From assembly GCA_963805625.1 (NCBI GenBank), contig CAWDVE010000019.1, forward strand, positions 32,001 through 96,000: 64,000 nucleotides of DNA. The letters run 5' to 3'. This DNA comes from an uncultured Candidatus Rokubacteria bacterium (GTDB taxonomy: Bacteria; Methylomirabilota; Methylomirabilia; Rokubacteriales; DASRDR01). The notes under the pieces are model-generated. The model had not been told where the DNA came from and made no database searches. It saw only the letters and a list, made by a program, of their open reading frames with translations. Position 1 is the first letter of the stretch. Every line of letters starts with the position of its first letter. Both the position numbers and the translations under genes were made by a program. Below, in pieces: positions 11,527 through 20,557 of this stretch.

Positions 11527-12525
11527 ATGAGACTCGAGGGCCGCGTCGTCGTCGAGGAGTTCGAGTGCGAGGCGCTGAAAAGCAACCCCCTCGGGGATCC
11601 CCATCGGAGGTCCGTCCCCGTCTATCTTCCCCCTGGGTACGATCGCGGCGACCGCCGGTATCCGGTGATCTACTGGCTGCACGGCTGGGGCGGCACCGGC
11701 CTGCGGGAGACCAACTACACTCCGTGGGTCCCATCGTTGCCCGAGCTCATCGATCGGGTGATCCAAGCCGGTGCCCCTCCGGCCATCCTAGTGATGGCCG
11801 ACGTCTTCACGGCGTACGGCCACAGCCAGTGCATCAACTCGTCGGCGACGGGTCGGTACGAGGATGCGGTCAAGGAGCTCGTCTCCTACGTGGATACACA
11901 CCATCGCACGCTGCCCTCACGCGACCACCGCGGCCTGGACGGGAAGTCCAGCGGCGGCTACGGCTCCCTGGTCCTGGCCATGCGCAACCCGGAGCTCTTC
12001 GGCGCCGTCGCCTCGCACAGCGGCGACATGTACTTCGAGGCCGCCTACCGGCCGGACTTCTGGCGGGCGGTGGATACGATCCGCAAGCACGGGGGGCTCG
12101 ACGGCTATCTCAGGGCCTGGCGCGAGGCGCCCAAGAAGACGGACGAGCTGGTGCGGCCGATGGTGACGGTCGTGTGCATGGCGATGGCCTACTCGCCGAA
12201 CCCCGACCGCGCCCATGGGTTCGACCTTCCGTTCGATCCGGAGACCGGGGAGATCGACGAGGCGGTGTGGGCGCGATGGCTGGAGTGGGACCCGGTCTTC
12301 ATGGCGGAGCGCTACGCGGGGAGTCTGCGCACGCTGCGGCTCATCTATATCGAGTGCGGCAGCCGGGACCAGTACAACCTTCACCATGGCGCGCGCATCC
12401 TTCGCCGCCGGCTGGAGCGTCTGGGTATCCGCCACGAGTACCAGGAATTCGATGACGACCACACGGCCGTGAACTACCGCTACGTCGAGTCGCTGCGGCG
12501 TCTCTGCGCCGTGCTCCAGGCGTGA
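11527..12525 (+). CDS. putative esterase (Fes-like alpha/beta hydrolase)
   Basis: NPLGDPHRR, VYLPPGY, GKSSGG nucleophile elbow, DDDH. Confidence 0.88.
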   Translation: MRLEGRVVVEEFECEALKSNPLGDPHRRSVPVYLPPGYDRGDRRYPVIYWLHGWGGTGLRETNYTPWVPSLPELIDRVIQAGAPPAILVMADVFTAYGHSQCINSSATGRYEDAVKELVSYVDTHHRTLPSRDHRGLDGKSSGGYGSLVLAMRNPELFGAVASHSGDMYFEAAYRPDFWRAVDTIRKHGGLDGYLRAWREAPKKTDELVRPMVTVVCMAMAYSPNPDRAHGFDLPFDPETGEIDEAVWARWLEWDPVFMAERYAGSLRTLRLIYIECGSRDQYNLHHGARILRRRLERLGIRHEYQEFDDDHTAVNYRYVESLRRLCAVLQA

Positions 12526-12849
12526 CCGACCGGGCGCCGGTTCACGCTCCGGGACGGGAACCGCATCCGCGAGCAGCTGCTCGGGCTCTCCGACCGGGAC
12601 CACGTCTCCACGTACTGCATCCTCGACGCGACCGTGCCGCGCCAGTGGTACGTGGCCACCGTCCAGCTGAAGCGGGTGACCGACGGCGACCGCACCTTCT
12701 GGCACTGGCAGTCCGCCTTCGACGCGCCGCGGGGCCGCGAGCGCGAGCTGGCCGACATGGTCGGCCTAGGTTCGGGCGGCGCCCCCAAGTATCGCGAGAA
12801 GTGCGACGAGGTCGCCGCCTGCGGCTACCCGGGCTTCACTTTTCGGTAA
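12526..12849 (+). pseudogene. chimeric remnant: SRPBCC/polyketide cyclase fragment plus Baeyer-Villiger monooxygenase C-terminal tail
   Basis: RFTLRDGNRIREQLLGLSDRD..YVATVQLKRVTDGDRTFWHWQSAF then GGAPKYREKCDEVAACGYPGF; no start codon. Confidence 0.7.
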
Positions 12850-12891
12850 GCCCGTAGCGAGGACGGGTAGCGCGAGCGGCGACCGTCGCGG

Positions 12892-14127
12892 TCAGCGCGT
12901 CGCTTTCGGCACGCTCTTCGCCACCAGCTCGCCGACCTGCTGGCCCACCGCGGAACCCACCTCAGTCGAGTAGCGGTAATGGACCCCGTCGTAGATGCGC
13001 GCGCTCGCCACCTCCTTCGTGAAGTCGGCGACGCTGGTCCAGGTGCGGACGGCGCCTCCGGCGGTCGGGCTGGCGGAGGTGAGCGTCGGCGTCGGCCCGG
13101 AGCCGATCTCGGCCGCGAGCACCGCGCCGAGGGACGCCGACACGATGCAGTGAGCGCACGGATACTCGGGATGCATCGGCGTGTCGATGAACGGCGTCCA
13201 GCCCGGGTCCCGGTCGGTCGCGTCGTTGCCGTCGATGTCGCCGTTGCGGATGGCGGTGACCGGGCGCCAGAGATTGTAGGTGTACTTGGCGTCGAAGACG
13301 GCGATCAGCGCGTCGTCCATGGCCATCGCGGCCAGCGCGAGCAGGCGCGCGTTGTCGGTGACGTCGCGGCCGGGCATGGCCGCGACCGAGCGCGCGATCG
13401 GCCAGTACACGGCCGGGGCCGTCGCCTCCCAGAACTTCGCGATCGCGGTCTGCTCCGGCGTGCGCTGGGTGCTGTTCCGCCCTCCGACCGCCTTGATCTC
13501 GTTGTAGTCCCGCGCCCAGGTCGCGCTGGTCAGCGCGGGCGGCGGGCCCGGACGGAACTGGTCGCCGCGGGTCATGACCCACGGGCGGCGCTTGCCCCAG
13601 TGAGGCACCGCCGGTCCCATCGTCGGCACGTAGACCCCGGCTGCGGTGGAGGGGCGGTAGACGTCGGGTGCGATCACCCCGTCGTCGGCGCACATCGCCA
13701 CGATGGCAGTCGCGGACTGCTCGCCGACCGCGATGCCCGCGATCTTCGCGGGGCCGTCAGGGACCGAGCCGAGCAGGGCCTGGTAGTCGGCATCGATGAC
13801 CGCCTGCTGGGCGGGCATGAGCTTCGAGAGCGCGGTGCGCGTCGCCGCGGCGACCGCCGCTTCCACCGACGCCCCCGGCGCCGGGGTGAGCTTGGCGCGC
13901 TGCGGAGGATAGCGGGCGGTGATCGTGTTGACCGCCTCGAAGACCGAGACCTGCACGATGGCCATCATCCTCACCGTGATGGGCGGTGCCGGGATGCGCG
14001 ACACCATGTCGGCGGCCTTCGCATTCGCATCGGTGACGATGTCCGCCTGGGCGACCGGGGCGCCGGCGAGGATCACCACGGCCAGAACACCGATCGCTGC
14101 GCTGATGAGTCCGCGTATGGTCTTCAT
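12892..14127 (-). CDS. secreted vanadium-dependent haloperoxidase-like (PAP2 superfamily) protein
   Basis: Signal peptide; KYTYNLWRP, HPEYPCAH, ARIYDGVHY; start ATG 14127 with RBS AGGAG. Confidence 0.85.
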   Translation of the reverse strand: MKTIRGLISAAIGVLAVVILAGAPVAQADIVTDANAKAADMVSRIPAPPITVRMMAIVQVSVFEAVNTITARYPPQRAKLTPAPGASVEAAVAAATRTALSKLMPAQQAVIDADYQALLGSVPDGPAKIAGIAVGEQSATAIVAMCADDGVIAPDVYRPSTAAGVYVPTMGPAVPHWGKRRPWVMTRGDQFRPGPPPALTSATWARDYNEIKAVGGRNSTQRTPEQTAIAKFWEATAPAVYWPIARSVAAMPGRDVTDNARLLALAAMAMDDALIAVFDAKYTYNLWRPVTAIRNGDIDGNDATDRDPGWTPFIDTPMHPEYPCAHCIVSASLGAVLAAEIGSGPTPTLTSASPTAGGAVRTWTSVADFTKEVASARIYDGVHYRYSTEVGSAVGQQVGELVAKSVPKATR

Positions 14128-14730
14128 GTCGCCTGCTCCTTTCGAGCGTCTCCGGTGGAGTTCGACTCGTTCACGTCCAGACCGAGGGCCACGCGCCCCG
14201 CATAGGTGAGCTGGGCGCTGCCGCGGAGCGGGTGGTAGCGGGCGCCCTGGACGTCGCGGAAGAGCCGCTCGAGGCCCAGGTCCCGGTAGAAGCCGGCGCC
14301 CGAGGCGAGCTCTATCGCCGCCTCGACGGTCCGGATCGCCGCTCGGCCGGCCACCGCCCGGCCGATCATCACCTCGTTGGTCGTCTCGATCCCCGGGCGG
14401 GCGCCCGCCGCCGCGTCGATCATCTGGCGCAGCCCCATCCTCGCGGTGGCCAGCTCGTTCTCCATGCGGCCGGCCAGCTCCTGGGTGGCCGCGTCGTGGC
14501 GTCGTCCCGCCGCCGGGCGGAGCGCGAGGGCTCGGGCAGCTTCGGCGACGCCGACGTAGACGGCATAGATCAGGGGCAGGGCGTGCATCACGACGACGTG
14601 CCACGCGGGACCCCAGCGCCCCGCGGGGCGGCGCAGCCCGATCGCGGCGTCCGGCACGAAAACGCCGTCCAGCACGATGTCGTGCGAGCCGGCACCGCGC
14701 ATGCCGAGCGTTCGCCAGGTGTCCTCGAGG
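14124..14730 (-). pseudogene. acyl-CoA dehydrogenase family, C-terminal fragment
   Basis: DTWRTLGMRGAGSHDIVL..SGAGFY..LERLFRDV; 5' part missing. Confidence 0.8.
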
Positions 14731-14992
14731 TGCAGGCCGACGCCGACCAGGCGAAGGGCAAGATCGAGGAAGCGAAGGCATCGCTCAAAGAGCTGGGGCT
14801 GAACGACTCGGTCGAATCTTCCGGCTAGCGTTGTAGATTGTAGGGCTTCCCTAACCGCGGCATTGGTATCAGCAAGAGTACCACTCCGAGGAGTCTGTAG
14901 GGCGGGGTGGGAGCCGGCGGGATCCGAGGGTCTACTCGGGAATCCCGCCGGGAACTACGCGGACTTACGGACGACGCTCACACGGCGGCTGA

Positions 14993-15030
14993 GCCTTCTA
15001 AGCCGTGGGTCAATTCCCTCCAGGCGCGCA
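14993..15030 (+). mobile_element. degenerate 3' half of tRNA-Arg(TCT), probable att remnant
   Basis: GCCTTCTAAGCCGTGGGTC (anticodon arm and variable loop) followed by AATTCCCTCCAGGCGCGCA (T-stem 3' side and acceptor); 5' half and T-arm 5' side missing. Confidence 0.55.
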
Positions 15031-15493
15031 TCCCATGGTGCCGTGGGACATCAGACACGGAATCCGCGGGTTGCGGCTCCCTCGCCTGTCCCGTTCGTAT
15101 TAGCCCGGTCCCGTCGAGACGCCACGCGCGAGCGTCGCGAACGGATCGGTGGTTGGTAACCGCCGGAGCCGCATCTATCACCGACCTGACTGTCCGAGCT
15201 ACCGCGACGTGGCCCCTCAGAATCGTGTCCCGTTCGGGAGCGCGGCTGAAGCCGAGAGCGCGGGCTATCGGCTCGCGCGGAATTGCCCGTAGGGATCGGC
15301 CCCCGTATCACCTTCTAGCACCCGACATACCCTGGGGCCGTGCGCATCAACGGCATACGCCCTGAGCATGCATCGGCTGTAGAATCTTGGTGGCAGGCAC
15401 ACGCCTGGAGCACGGTGATCCATGACACAGAGCGTCGCGCCGACTCTCGAGCGCTTCGTCGTGTAGTTTAAGAGACCTACCCGGAGAATAGAA

Positions 15494-15904
15494 ATGGCGA
15501 CACGTGTGGACCAGCTCAAGGCGATCCCGCTCTTCTCAGGCCTCGCTTACGCTGACTTGCAATTCCTCGCTGGCCAGATGGACGAGGTCAACGTCCCGGC
15601 CGGTACCGTGCTGATCACCGAACGGGAGGGGAACAATGTCTTCTTCGTGATCCTGGAGGGCGTGGTCGACGTATCGGTGGGGGGCAAGTACCGGCGTACT
15701 CTGGGCCCGCATGACTTTTTTGGTGAGATCAGCATGATGGAGCTCGACCCAGCGACCGCAACCGTAGCGAGCCGAACGCCGGTCCGGGCATTCGTGATGA
15801 GTCCCGCTCAATTCAGCGCGGTGAAGGCGCACGAGACCGTAATGCTCGAGCTCAAAGCCGCGAGGAGTCAACGGCTGCACGCCGATCGAAAGGTCAAGGA
15901 GTAG
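15494..15904 (+). CDS. stand-alone cyclic nucleotide-binding domain protein
   Basis: LKAIPLFSGL, FFVILEG, FFGEISMM..ATATV; RBS GGAG. Confidence 0.88.
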   Translation: MATRVDQLKAIPLFSGLAYADLQFLAGQMDEVNVPAGTVLITEREGNNVFFVILEGVVDVSVGGKYRRTLGPHDFFGEISMMELDPATATVASRTPVRAFVMSPAQFSAVKAHETVMLELKAARSQRLHADRKVKE

Positions 15905-16135
15905 CCGGAATGAGGATACGGAGATGCGGATCTTCCGCATCGGCCTCAAGAAGGAAACGGTTCGCGGTGAGGACGCCGACTTCCGATCGGTACGAGAACG
16001 GTCGTCTGGGCGCTCGCACTACGAGACTGCCTCTCGTGTTCTTGCGAACGTTCCTGGAACCAAGCGATCTAGGATCTACGCTCATTGACGACCCACACGG
16101 CGGAGCGTGAAGGTTCTTGACGGAGAAGCTACCCA

Positions 16136-16378
16136 ATGGCGACATTTGTCCTCGTTCATCCGGCTTTATTCGGTGGCTGGTGCTGGAAGAAGGTAACGCC
16201 GTTGATTCGCGCGCGTGGACACGACGTCTATACCCTTACGCTGACCGGACTGGGCGAGCGCGCCCACCTCGCGCGTCCCGACGTCGGCCTGGGAAACCCA
16301 CATCGAAGACGTTGTCCGCGTGCTGGAGTATGAAGAACTGAGCGGCGTCGTCCTTGTCGGCAACAGCTCGGCAGCCGG
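16136..16378 (+). pseudogene. alpha/beta hydrolase (methylesterase-like), N-terminal fragment, frameshifted
   Basis: MATFVLVH..GGWCW..LTGLGERAHL, shift at about 16292, then THIEDVVRVLEYEELSGVVLVGNS, then truncated. Confidence 0.8.
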
Positions 16379-16380
16379 GC

Positions 16381-16494
16381 GCGAGCGTCCGCTCCTGGTC
16401 GCGGATCTTCGGAGCGGCGCCCTGGTCGATTTCTGTCGCATTCTGAACCGCATCAGGGAAGGAGAGCCGCTGGAGTAGCAGCCCGTCCCTGGAC
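16381..16494 (-). pseudogene. diverged internal fragment of a ku gene
   Basis: RDGLLLQRLSFPDAVQNATEIDQGAAPKIRDQERTLA aligns to Ku at 54038-54150. Confidence 0.85.
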
Positions 16495-16524
16495 CGCCAT
16501 GCCCGTGCTTCTTACCGGGCGGGT

Positions 16525-16752
16525 TCAGCCGCGGATGACCGCCATGCCGGACGTGGCGTCGTCCGGTGCCGTTTCCCGGACCGATCGCACAAGCCCTGCG
16601 ACCCCAACTATCGATTCGACGCAGGCGACGCAGTACGTGGCGGACTCGAAGATGAACGTGCAGGAAGGGCAGCAGGGGCTACTGCACTCGAGACACGTGA
16701 CGTGGTAGGACCCGTGCCTGACGGAGCTGCTGCAGGAACACCGGTGTCTCAT
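16525..16752 (-). CDS. small Cys-rich (B-box-like zinc finger) protein
   Basis: 75 aa, 9 Cys (CSC..CLEC..CCPSC..YCVAC); RBS GGAGGAG; sigma-54 motif upstream. Confidence 0.7.
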   Translation of the reverse strand: MRHRCSCSSSVRHGSYHVTCLECSSPCCPSCTFIFESATYCVACVESIVGVAGLVRSVRETAPDDATSGMAVIRG

Positions 16753-16882
16753 GTTCTCCTCCGTTGCGGACGCTTAGGGTCAGCGACGAGGCGAACGGCC
16801 CGGCCACGCCTCGCAACCTTCGATCCGCACTGGCGGCGACCTGCCGGCATCTGGCGCTGGGGCAGGGGCCGATTCAGAAGGA

Positions 16883-16898
16883 GGCAAGCCCTGTGCCA
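16883..16898 (-). promoter_or_regulatory. sigma-54 -24/-12 promoter
   Basis: TGGCACAGGGCTTGCC on the minus strand. Confidence 0.7.
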
Positions 16899-17160
16899 TG
16901 GGCCATCCCGGGCCGGCAGGACTGTGACTGCCAGGTCGGGGAGCCTTCTCGAGGCGGCCCAGTGGCTGGGGCAGCCAGCCAGCCTCGCTCGGTGTAACAA
17001 CTACCGTGCAGGGATTGACCGGCTCCCCCCCCCCGGCGTCAGGCCATCGGCGCTGTGCTAGACGGCGAGCGCCCGGTGTTGAGGAGAGGTGGGATCGTGC
17101 CCAGGGGAGAGATTCGGACGCTTGGGTTGTAGCGGTGGAGGCGGAGCCGAGCGAGTCGCG

Positions 17161-17349
17161 TCAGATGGAGAGGACGCGCCGCGCGTGCTCGTCGTAGAAC
17201 GCCACCGCACGCTTGAGCTGGTGCGGCCGGATGTTCGTGTAGATCTGGGTCGCGTCGATCCGCACGTGGCCGAGGAGCGCGCGCACCCCCTCGAGGTCGT
17301 GCCGCTGCTCGAGCACCTCGACCGCGACCCCGTGCCGTCGCGCATGGAG
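17161..17349 (-). pseudogene. tyrosine recombinase/integrase, C-terminal fragment
   Basis: HARRHG (HxxR) ..LLGH..TQIY catalytic boxes; N-terminus absent. Confidence 0.8.
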
Positions 17350-17476
17350 CTTCACCTCCGGGTAGCCAATCAGCTTCGTAGATCTTGTGGCCCGCGCCCG
17401 CCTGGCGAGCCTTCGCCGCGTGGGCTATCCTGAGGGGCGTGGTGCACCCGCACCGGGTGAACCGAAGGGGCCACTC

Positions 17477-18427
17477 ATGCGAAGAGTGACGCTCTACAGC
17501 AGCGCGCGCCGGCCGATCCCAGCCGGCCCGTCGGCCCCGGGCGGCCGCGCGGCCGACGGTGCCACGCTGTCCAGCGCTTCACTTCCCGCGGCGCCGCCGC
17601 CCTCCCCGGTTGCCCGGACGCCCGGCGCGCCCTGGCGCCGGCTCTCCCGGCGGCCCGGGCTCCTCCTGGCGGCCGGAAGCGGCCTGCTCGTCCTGATCGC
17701 GGTGACCGTCACGGGGGTCCGGACACCCCTCCCTCGACGCATCACCCAGCAGGACATCGACCAGGCGGTGCTGCACACGCTGGCGACCAAGTCCCTGCCG
17801 TCTCGCGCGGCGAAGGCGTATGCGGTCATCCGGCCCTCCGTCGTCGAGGTGCGAGGGTGGAAGGACGACGAGCGCGCGAAGAAGGGCACCGGGAACGACG
17901 TCGGCACCGGGGTCGTCATCGTGGACAAGGGCATCATCCTGACCAACCTCCACGTGGTGTCGGACGCCCAGCGGGTGGAGGTCGTCTTTGCCGACGGGCT
18001 CACGTCCGAGGCCACGGTCATCTCGGTCAAGCCGGAGCACGATCTCGCCGTGCTCCAGGCGAAGACGATCCCCGACGATCTCGTCCCGGCGACGCTCAGG
18101 TCCACCCAGGGCCTCGCCCCGGGCGACGAGGTGGTCGCCGTGGGCTTTCCCTTCGGCATCGGACCGTCCGCGTCTTCGGGCGTGATCTCCGGGCTTCGCC
18201 GCGAGTTCCACTCGCGGCGCGGCCAACGTCTCCTGACGAATCTCATCCAGTTCGACGCCGCCGCCAATCCGGGGAACTCCGGCGGCCCGCTGGTGACGAT
18301 GGACGGCGAGGTGATCGGCATCGTGACAGGCATCCTGAACCCCACCGACCAGCGGGTGTTCGTCGGCGTCGGGTTCGCGGTGCCCATCGAGAACGCCGCG
18401 TCGGCCGTCGGGCTCTCCCCCTTCTAG
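17477..18427 (+). CDS. membrane-anchored trypsin-like (S1C) serine protease without PDZ
   Basis: TM helix; TNLHVV, DLAVL, NPGNSGGP. Confidence 0.9.
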   Translation: MRRVTLYSSARRPIPAGPSAPGGRAADGATLSSASLPAAPPPSPVARTPGAPWRRLSRRPGLLLAAGSGLLVLIAVTVTGVRTPLPRRITQQDIDQAVLHTLATKSLPSRAAKAYAVIRPSVVEVRGWKDDERAKKGTGNDVGTGVVIVDKGIILTNLHVVSDAQRVEVVFADGLTSEATVISVKPEHDLAVLQAKTIPDDLVPATLRSTQGLAPGDEVVAVGFPFGIGPSASSGVISGLRREFHSRRGQRLLTNLIQFDAAANPGNSGGPLVTMDGEVIGIVTGILNPTDQRVFVGVGFAVPIENAASAVGLSPF

Positions 18428-18609
18428 GCCAGAGTGCCGTCCCAACGGATCGGGCGAGGGTTGTCGCCGCGGGTGGCGCCGGGCGGCGCCTTCCGGGGCG
18501 AGGCGAGGATACTCCGAGCGGGGGCCCGGAAGGCACGCCCGGCGACAGGGCCCGCGGTGACTCGCCACGACCAGTCGGATCGGCACTAGCGGGCGCGGGA
18601 GGAGGACCG

Positions 18610-19626
18610 GTGGAGATCCTGGAGCGGGACCGCAGCGAGATCGCGTCGCTCATGGAGCGGATCCTCTACGAGGTGAAGCGGATCGTCGTCGGCCAGGATC
18701 ACTTTCTCGAGCGCGTGCTGGTGGCCGTCCTGGCCGAGGGGCACCTGCTCGTGGAGGGCGTGCCGGGCCTGGCCAAGACGCTGACGGTCAAGACGCTCGC
18801 CCAGACCGTCCGCGGCACGTTCCGGAGGATCCAGTTCACGCCGGACCTCGTGCCAGCGGATCTCGTGGGCACGCGGGTCTACAACCAGCGGACCGGCGAG
18901 TTCAGCACATCGCTCGGTCCCGTCTTCACGAACCTCCTCCTCGCCGACGAGATCAACCGGGCCCCGGCGAAGGTGCAGAGTGCGCTGCTCGAGGTGATGC
19001 AGGAGCGCCAGGTCACGATCGCCGGGGAGACCCACCGGGTCGGCGAGCCGTTCGTGGTGATGGCCACCCAGAATCCGATCGAGACCGAAGGGACCTATCC
19101 ACTTCCCGAGGCTCAGGTCGACCGGTTCATGATGAAGGTCCTGGTCGGGTACCCGAGCGAGGAAGAGGAGTTCGTGATCGTCGAGCGGGTGACGGGTCCC
19201 ACGACGACGGTCGCTCCCGTCGCCACCACCGAGCAGCTCGCCCGGATCCAGCGTGAATGCCGGACCGGGTACGTCGATCCGTCGGTCATCCAGTACGCGG
19301 TCCGGCTCGCCGCCGTGACACGGAACCTCGCGCGGTACGGCCTCGGCGACCTCGCGCGGTACGTGTCGTACGGCGCCAGCCCCCGGGCCTCCATTCACCT
19401 GATCGAGGGTGCCCGCGCGCTCGGGTTCCTCCGGGGTCGCGCCTACGTCCTGCCCGAAGACGTCACCGACCTCGCGCCCGACGTGCTGCGCCACCGGCTC
19501 GTCCTGTCCTACGAGGCCCTCGCCGACGGGATGACCGCCGATCAGCTGGTCCGGCGGATCCTGCACCACGTGCCGGCTCCCGAGAAGCCGCTGGCGACCC
19601 ATGTCAGAGTCGGCGCGCCATCCTGA
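18610..19626 (+). CDS. moxR: MoxR family AAA+ ATPase
   Basis: GVPGLAKT, RIQFTPDL, LADEINRA, ATQNPIE; GTG start with GGAGG. Confidence 0.93.
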   Translation: MEILERDRSEIASLMERILYEVKRIVVGQDHFLERVLVAVLAEGHLLVEGVPGLAKTLTVKTLAQTVRGTFRRIQFTPDLVPADLVGTRVYNQRTGEFSTSLGPVFTNLLLADEINRAPAKVQSALLEVMQERQVTIAGETHRVGEPFVVMATQNPIETEGTYPLPEAQVDRFMMKVLVGYPSEEEEFVIVERVTGPTTTVAPVATTEQLARIQRECRTGYVDPSVIQYAVRLAAVTRNLARYGLGDLARYVSYGASPRASIHLIEGARALGFLRGRAYVLPEDVTDLAPDVLRHRLVLSYEALADGMTADQLVRRILHHVPAPEKPLATHVRVGAPS

Positions 19627-20557
19627 AGAGCTGCTGCGCCGGCTCGAGTGGACGGTGATCAGGCGCCTGGATGGGCTCTTGCAGGGCGACTACCGGACCC
19701 TGTTTCGCGGCGCCGGGCTCGACCTGGCGGACCTGCGCGAGTACCAGTATCACGACGACGTCCGGCACATCGACTGGAACGTGACGGCGCGCCTCGGGAC
19801 GCCCTACGTGCGGGAGTACCACGAGGACCGCGAGATCACCGCGTGGTTCCTGCTCGACGTGACGGCATCGATGGACTTCGGCTCGCGGGGCGCACCCAAG
19901 CGGTCCTCGTCGGCCGAGCTCGTCGGCGTGCTAGCCCGCCTGCTGACGCGCCACGGCAACCGCGTGGGGGCCCTGCTCTATGACGGCCGTCCGCAAGGGG
20001 GGATTGCCGTCATCCCCGCGCGGAGCAGTCGGCGCCATGTGCTCCACCTTCTGCACCGGCTGCTCACCCGCCCGGCCGCAACACGCCCGGCCGTCACGAG
20101 GCTGGTGGACCTGCTCAGCCTGGCTGCCCAGCTCGTCCGGCGCCGGGCCCTCGTCTTCGTCGTCTCCGACTTCATCAGCGCGCCAGGCTGGACGGCGCCC
20201 CTCGGCCACCTCGCGCAGCGCCACGACGTGGTGGCCGTGCGGCTCCTCGACCCCCTGGAGGTCGAGCTCCCGGATCTGGGGCTCCTCGTGGTGCAGGACG
20301 CCGAGACCGGGGAGCAGCTGCTCGTGGACACCCACGACCGAGCGTTCCGCCAACGCTTCGCGGCCGCCGCCGCGCGGCGGGACGCGGCCCTTCGCGCGGC
20401 CTTCGGCGAGGCCGGCGTGGACGCTCTCGAGCTGTCGACCGACGATGACCTGGTCCAGGCCATCCTGAGATTCGCGGACCTCCGCAAGCGGCGCGGCCAG
20501 CTGGCAGCGGCGGGCGGACTGCCGGACCACCTGGAGCCCGCGGGGCGACGCGCATGA
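19601..20557 (+). CDS. DUF58 domain protein
   Basis: LREYQYHDDVRHIDWNVTAR, DVTASM, VSDF. Confidence 0.92.
   Translation: MSESARHPEELLRRLEWTVIRRLDGLLQGDYRTLFRGAGLDLADLREYQYHDDVRHIDWNVTARLGTPYVREYHEDREITAWFLLDVTASMDFGSRGAPKRSSSAELVGVLARLLTRHGNRVGALLYDGRPQGGIAVIPARSSRRHVLHLLHRLLTRPAATRPAVTRLVDLLSLAAQLVRRRALVFVVSDFISAPGWTAPLGHLAQRHDVVAVRLLDPLEVELPDLGLLVVQDAETGEQLLVDTHDRAFRQRFAAAAARRDAALRAAFGEAGVDALELSTDDDLVQAILRFADLRKRRGQLAAAGGLPDHLEPAGRRA

Noticed and set aside
12523-12525. Sec read-through of the esterase TGA into the in-frame downstream fragment
   Set aside because: The esterase is complete at this point, no Cys-equivalent position is evident and I see no clear SECIS-like hairpin.
15414-15429. 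Crp-like site GGTGA-N6-ACACA upstream of a cNMP-binding gene
   Set aside because: Spacing to the likely -10 box is non-canonical (about -54), so it could be chance.
17005-17045. Possible tRNA/att remnant and poly-C tract near the integrase fragment
   Set aside because: Too short and degenerate to assign, and not inside a gene.
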